From: Demequinaceae bacterium | GTDB taxonomy: Bacteria; Actinomycetota; Actinomycetes; Actinomycetales; Demequinaceae | Length of the DNA stretch: 32,000 bases | Assembly: GCA_965250005.1 (NCBI GenBank) | Contig: OZ252279.1 | Location: forward strand, 1,950,001 to 1,982,000 | Reading direction: 5' to 3' | Shown: positions 27,722 through 32,000 of the stretch, one piece after another | Layout of the letters: each line of letters begins with the position of its first letter | Position numbering within the stretch: the first letter of the stretch is position 1 | Notes under the pieces: generated by a model | What the model saw: the letters and a program-made list of their open reading frames with translations, nothing else | The model's database searches: none | What the model was told of the DNA's origin: nothing | Position numbers and translations under genes: made by a program

Positions 27722-28488
27722 AGTTGCGGGTGGTCGGATGCTCCGGCGGCGTGCCCGGGCCCGCGTCGGCAGCATCGTGCTACCTGCTCGAAGCAACGCA
27801 GGGCGGTCGCACATGGCGCCTGGTATTGGACTTGGGAAGCGGGTCGCTCGGCACGCTCCAGCGTTGGTGCGACCCGCGTGACGTTGATGCGATAGCCATC
27901 ACCCACCTTCATCCCGACCACTGCGCCGATCTTGCTCCCATGCACGTGTACCTGGCGCACCACCCAGACGGGGAGTCGCGACCCGTCCCCATCTTCGCGC
28001 CGTTCGGAACGCTTTCGCGCATCAACCAACTCCGCGGCGCCGCGGAACCGAGCCAGGTGCTCGACGTTCACGCGTGGCAGACGGGTGTGATGGTTGAGGT
28101 GGGCCCGCTTCGAGTGACCAGTGAGGCCGTTGACCATCCCGTCCCTGCATACGCCTTGCGTATTGAGGGCCCCCGCGAGGACGGATCGGGGAATGCGGTT
28201 ATCGCCTATTCGGGGGACTCCGATATGTGCCAGGGGCTCGATGTCGCCGCGGCTGGCGCCGATATTTTTTTGTGCGAGGCCACTTACCTTGCATCCCAAA
28301 CGTCAGAGGCTGGGGTTCACCTGACCGCCCGGCGAGCGGGACAGACGGCGGGGCGAGCCGGTGTCGGCAAGCTCGTGCTTACGCACATTCCGCCGTGGAC
28401 AGATCCGAACGAGAGCCTTGCGGAAGCGCGCGAGGTATACGACGGCGATCTCATGTTGGCTGTTTCTGGGCTTCAACTGGCGCTCTAG
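27718..28488 (+). CDS. MBL-fold metallohydrolase (RNase Z-like fold)
   Basis: ATG 27718 overlaps the murI stop (ATGA). [56 protein letters not shown]. Confidence 0.92.
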   Translation: MKLRVVGCSGGVPGPASAASCYLLEATQGGRTWRLVLDLGSGSLGTLQRWCDPRDVDAIAITHLHPDHCADLAPMHVYLAHHPDGESRPVPIFAPFGTLSRINQLRGAAEPSQVLDVHAWQTGVMVEVGPLRVTSEAVDHPVPAYALRIEGPREDGSGNAVIAYSGDSDMCQGLDVAAAGADIFLCEATYLASQTSEAGVHLTARRAGQTAGRAGVGKLVLTHIPPWTDPNESLAEAREVYDGDLMLAVSGLQLAL

Positions 28489-28504
28489 CGATTAGGCTCA
28501 AGCC

Positions 28505-29239
28505 ATGACAGATGCCGTTCGCGCCGATGGCCGCGCTCTCGACCAACTTCGCCCAGTCACGTTCGAACGCGATTGGCAACAGTCCGCGGAGGGCTCGTGC
28601 CTCATGTCGTTCGGGGACACCAAGGTGCTTTGCGCAGCTTCGTTCACGCCGGGCGTCCCGCGCTGGAAAAAGGGAGGCGGCGAGGGCTGGGTGACCGCCG
28701 AGTACGCCATGCTTCCGCGAGCAACGGGAAGCCGCAATTCGCGCGAGAGCGTGCGCGGCAAGATTGGCGGGCGTACCCACGAGATTTCTCGGCTGATCGG
28801 CCGCTCGCTACGGGCCATTGTTGACGTCAAGGCACTCGGAGAGAACACCATCATGCTGGACTGCGACGTGCTCCAGGCTGACGGAGGCACTCGCACCGCA
28901 GCCATCACCGGCGCCTACCTCGCGCTTGCCGATGCCGTGGCTTGGGGCAAGGAAAACGGCGCCATTCCCGCTACTGCGAGCCCGCTTCTCGACACGGTCA
29001 GCGCGATCAGCGTCGGAATCGTCGACGGAACTCCCATGCTCGATTTACCCTATGTCGAGGACGTGCGAGCGGAGACCGATATGAATGTAGTCATGACAGG
29101 CAGAGGCTTGTTTGTCGAGGTGCAGGGCACCGCGGAGGCCGCCCCGTTCGACAAGTCTGAACTCGATGCGATGCTCGCGCTCGCAACTGCGGGAAACGCC
29201 ACCCTGGCAACCGCCCAAGTTGCCGCGCTGGACGGCTAG
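28505..29239 (+). CDS. rph: Ribonuclease PH
   Basis: [74 protein letters not shown]. Confidence 0.97.
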   Translation: MTDAVRADGRALDQLRPVTFERDWQQSAEGSCLMSFGDTKVLCAASFTPGVPRWKKGGGEGWVTAEYAMLPRATGSRNSRESVRGKIGGRTHEISRLIGRSLRAIVDVKALGENTIMLDCDVLQADGGTRTAAITGAYLALADAVAWGKENGAIPATASPLLDTVSAISVGIVDGTPMLDLPYVEDVRAETDMNVVMTGRGLFVEVQGTAEAAPFDKSELDAMLALATAGNATLATAQVAALDG

Positions 29240-29241
29240 CG

Positions 29242-30699
29242 ATGGCGGTCGAACTTGGTGCGCGCCTGGCTATCGCGACGCATAACATGCACAAGGCGCG
29301 CGAGATCATGGACATCCTCGCGGACACCGTCCCTGATCTGACTCCTCGACAAGTTGTCACATCCAAGGACGTGGGTTCAGTCGCTCCCGACGAGACCGGA
29401 TCCTCGTTCGAAGAGAATGCGCTCATCAAGGCTCGCGCGCTCGCCCGTGACACGGGATTGCTGTCAATTGCCGACGACTCCGGGCTGTGCGTCGAGGTAA
29501 TGAACGGATCGCCCGGCATCTTCAGCGCGCGGTGGGCGGGAACGCTTGGCGACGACGCGGAGAATCTCAGCCTGCTAGTCGCGCAACTCGCGGACATCCC
29601 CGTTGCGCAGCGCGGCGCAAACTTCACGTGTGCGGCAGCCGCGGTGCTTCCTGACGGCACCGAAATCGTCAAGGTTGCGCGCGTTGAGGGAGACCTCACA
29701 ACTGCCCCGCGCGGAACTGGCGGGTTTGGCTACGACCCCATTTTCATGGCCGACGGCAAGGACGTCACCAACGCGGAGTTGTCCCCTAACGAGAAGAACG
29801 CCATGTCGCACCGGGGCCAAGCCTTCCGGGCACTCGCTGTTGAGATTGCGAAGCTCATCCCGTCCGAATCCGTGCCGATGACATCAGAAATCATGACGGT
29901 CGGCGCTGCCGCAGCGCAAGCCGCCGCGGCGGCAGCGCAAGCCGCCGCTGACGCCGCCGTAGGCGCGGCCAAAGAAGCTGCGGCTCAGGCCGCGGCCCTG
30001 TCAGGGACCAATCGGGCGCTGGCAGAAGAGGGCGGGCCCGCAGACACCGCACCAGCACCGTCGCCGCAGGGCGCGCCTGCCGAGCCGCGGGGAGTTGCCG
30101 CAACAGAAGCTCAGGCGCAGCCCGCTCCTTCTGCCGCCGTGTCGCAAGCCGTGGCGGAACCTGGGCGGGAAACATCACCTACACCGGATACCCCGCCTGA
30201 GCCTCTAGAGGGCGCTGGGTCGGAGCCCGCGCCGGGCTTCTTTGCCCCATCAGACATCATCAAGGCTGGGCTCAACGTGCTCGTGCTCGGCCCGGTGCCG
30301 TTCACGTTTGGCGAGGAGCCCCACTACTACCCGGCCGAAGGTGACCAGTTTTGGAAGTTACTCGCGAGCGCCGGGTTTACGCGGTCACTCATAAAGTCGG
30401 ACGAGGACCAAAAAGTGCTTTCCTACAGCGTCGGGCTGACGTGCGACGTAGACGGGATCAAAGACAAAGTTGAGCGCACGCGTCCCAAGTGGCTCGCTGT
30501 CAACGGCAAGGATGTCGCGGTCGCGCTCGGAAAGAATCTCGGCCGCCCGGCTCCCGGCTTCGGCGTACCTGAATGGCAGTTGGGAACGACCAAGATCTAC
30601 GTGCTCCCCGGCAGCGGAGCGGACGTGGTGGGTCCGTGGGGCTCCAAGACTTCGCGCCCAGCGTGGTGGAAGGATCTGGCCGAACTGATCCGCACGTAG
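29242..30699 (+). CDS. rdgB: RdgB/Ham1 non-canonical purine NTP pyrophosphatase fused to a C-terminal Mug/TDG-like uracil-DNA glycosylase-fold domain
   Basis: N-terminal ~212 aa: [77 protein letters not shown]. C-terminal ~149 aa: [20 protein letters not shown]...[21 protein letters not shown]...[11 protein letters not shown]...[15 protein letters not shown]...[17 protein letters not shown].... No stop codon between them. Confidence 0.88.
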   Translation: [485 protein letters not shown]

Positions 30700-30735
30700 C
30701 CTCTGGCTCTTTGGGGGTGTGGCCGTCGTACCGCA

Positions 30736-31278
30736 CTAGTGCAGTGCGCCCACCGAAGCGAGACCTTGGCGAAGAAGCACGGCTTGACCTCCGTGCATCT
30801 CGCGCCCGATCTGGGCGCTTGCGGCCTCCTCTGGCGTGACCCAGGTGATGTCCAACGCGTCGCGAGACGGCTCGCAATCACCGTCGACGGGTACTACGAA
30901 TGCCAACGACACCGCGTGCTGACGCGAGTCGTAGAATTTTGACACCCCAATGGTAGGGAAGTACTCAGCGACGGTGAACGGCTGGGGCGACGGGGGGACA
31001 CGCGGCATGGCTACCGGTCCGAGGTCCTTCTCGATGTGGCGTACCAGGGCGTCGCGAATGCGCTCGTGGTACAGGACGCGCCCCGACACGAGGGCGCGAG
31101 TCATCGCGCCGTCGACCGCGCGCAACAGCAGGCCTACCTCGGTCACCTCACCGGTGGCGTTGATGCGCACGGGGATCGCATCGACGTAGACCATGGGAAG
31201 GGTCTTGCGGATGTAGTCCAACTCTTTGTCTGAGAGCCAGCCGCCAGGCTCGGGAGGTGCCTCGTCCACGTCGGTCAT
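30736..31278 (-). CDS. NUDIX-like hydrolase (DUF4916-type)
   Basis: ORF 30736..31308, likely ATG 31278 (MTDVDEAPPEPGGWLSDKELDYIRKTLPMVYVDAIPVRINATGEVTEVGLLLRA...). By recall it resembles actinobacterial DUF4916/NUDIX proteins. Confidence 0.72.
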   Translation of the reverse strand: MTDVDEAPPEPGGWLSDKELDYIRKTLPMVYVDAIPVRINATGEVTEVGLLLRAVDGAMTRALVSGRVLYHERIRDALVRHIEKDLGPVAMPRVPPSPQPFTVAEYFPTIGVSKFYDSRQHAVSLAFVVPVDGDCEPSRDALDITWVTPEEAASAQIGREMHGGQAVLLRQGLASVGALH

Positions 31279-31409
31279 ACCATATTTGTACCTTGTCGGT
31301 GCGCCCAATTCACGCCCCGCGCCGGGGTATGTGAGGCTTATTGTGGAATACGTTCGTGGTAGCCCGCGTTATCGCATCCGGAAGCACGTGGCCACATGAA
31401 AGGAACAAC

Positions 31410-31781
31410 ATGGCAACCGTGGAACTCACCACAGAAACGTTTGATCAAACAGTGAGCAAGGACGGCATCGTCCTTGTGGACTTCTGGGCGGAATGGTGCG
31501 GGCCGTGTAAGCGATTCGGGCCCATCTTCGAGGAGTCGTCAGAGAAGTACGGTCAGATCACTCACGCCAAGGTTGACACCGAAGCTCACGGCGAACTGGG
31601 AGCGAAGTTTGGCGTCACGGCCATTCCTACCCTCATGGCATTTCGCGATGGCGTCATGGTCTTCAACCAGGCGGGCGCTCTTCCGGCTCCCGCACTACAG
31701 CAGGTGATCGATGCCGTCGAGGGCCTCGACATGGAAGACGTCCGCAAGCAGATCGCGGAGCACAATTCCGACCACGCCTAG
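31410..31781 (+). CDS. trxA: Thioredoxin
   Basis: MATVELTTETFDQTVSKDGIVLVDFWAEWCGPCKRFGPIFEE...FGVTAIPTLMAFRDG; WCGPC active site; SD aaagga upstream. Confidence 0.96.
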   Translation: MATVELTTETFDQTVSKDGIVLVDFWAEWCGPCKRFGPIFEESSEKYGQITHAKVDTEAHGELGAKFGVTAIPTLMAFRDGVMVFNQAGALPAPALQQVIDAVEGLDMEDVRKQIAEHNSDHA

Positions 31782-31810
31782 TGTCACATCACCTTGTCCC
31801 GGCGAGGATA

Positions 31811-31848
31811 ACGGAGGCCCCTCCTGAGTCCAGGAGGGGCCTCCGTTT
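31811..31848. terminator. Strong hairpin between trxA and tRNA-Leu, probably bidirectional
   Basis: aacggaggcccctcctg / agtc / caggaggggcctccgtt(t): perfect 17-bp stem with a 4-nt loop, then ttc. Confidence 0.85.
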
Positions 31849-31855
31849 CGCCAGT

Positions 31856-31939
31856 GGTGCGCGAGGGGGGACTTGAACCCCCACGTCCGAAGACACTGGT
31901 ACCTAAAACCAGCGCGTCTGCCAATTCCGCCACTCGCGC
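31856..31939 (-). tRNA. tRNA-Leu(TAG)
   Basis: Reverse complement GCGCGAGTGGCGGAATTGGCAGACGCGCTGGTTTTAGGTACCAG...GGGGGTTCAAGTCCCCCCTCGCGCACCA; 7-bp acceptor stem GCGCGAG/CTCGCGC, loop TTTAGGT with anticodon TAG, long variable arm, encoded CCA. Confidence 0.96.
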
Positions 31940-32000
31940 GAGTAACCCAGGATACGGCCTTTCGGCGGGGACCTTCGCGCGGGTGAGTCGCTAGGAGAGC

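Noticed and set aside
26990-27814. 274-aa minus-strand ORF antisense to murI
   Set aside because: murI is clear on the plus strand; no motifs in the antisense product.
31811-31939. tRNA-Leu with adjacent perfect hairpin considered as an integration (att) site of a mobile element
   Set aside because: No integrase, no direct repeat of the tRNA 3' end in the window, and the hairpin is a normal terminator.
1-32000. CRISPR arrays, toxin-antitoxin, restriction-modification, phage or transposase genes
   Set aside because: No regularly spaced repeats and no recognisable translated motif for any of these on either strand.

Overview
This 32-kb window looks like a chromosomal core segment of a high-GC actinobacterium. 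I see no prophage, transposon, CRISPR array or recognisable defence island. From left to right it contains: a partial TetR regulator divergent from a membrane protein; a lipoprotein rhodanese; a minus-strand pntA(N)-pntA(C)-pntB-SLAC1/TDT transporter cluster; an OFA-type MFS transporter followed by a 38-aa membrane microprotein; adhE; an M15-like lipoprotein; ftsE-ftsX-M23 peptidase-smpB-DUF2207-ssrA (tmRNA, tag ADSNRTDFALAA); a GNAT acetyltransferase and a fatty-acid desaturase; an ArsR/CDF metal pair; a DUF817 protein; a Na+/Ca2+ antiporter; an ABC exporter; DUF3039-clpS-DUF2017-murI-MBL-rph-rdgB; a NUDIX-like protein; thioredoxin; and tRNA-Leu(TAG). The most notable observation is one uninterrupted 485-codon ORF. 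It joins an apparently intact RdgB/Ham1 nucleotide-pool-sanitising domain, through a repeat-containing Ala/Pro linker, to a Mug/TDG-like uracil-DNA-glycosylase-fold domain whose catalytic GINPG-like motif appears to read GPVPF. Others are: three tandem 14-bp DevR/DosR-like boxes upstream of adhE, with a related palindrome between the pnt cluster and the MFS gene; the translationally coupled OFA microprotein; and a perfect 20-bp tandem duplication that creates a GTG-led 7-codon uORF and supplies the Shine-Dalgarno of the M15-like lipoprotein gene. All homology calls are from recalled family motifs, not from database searches.
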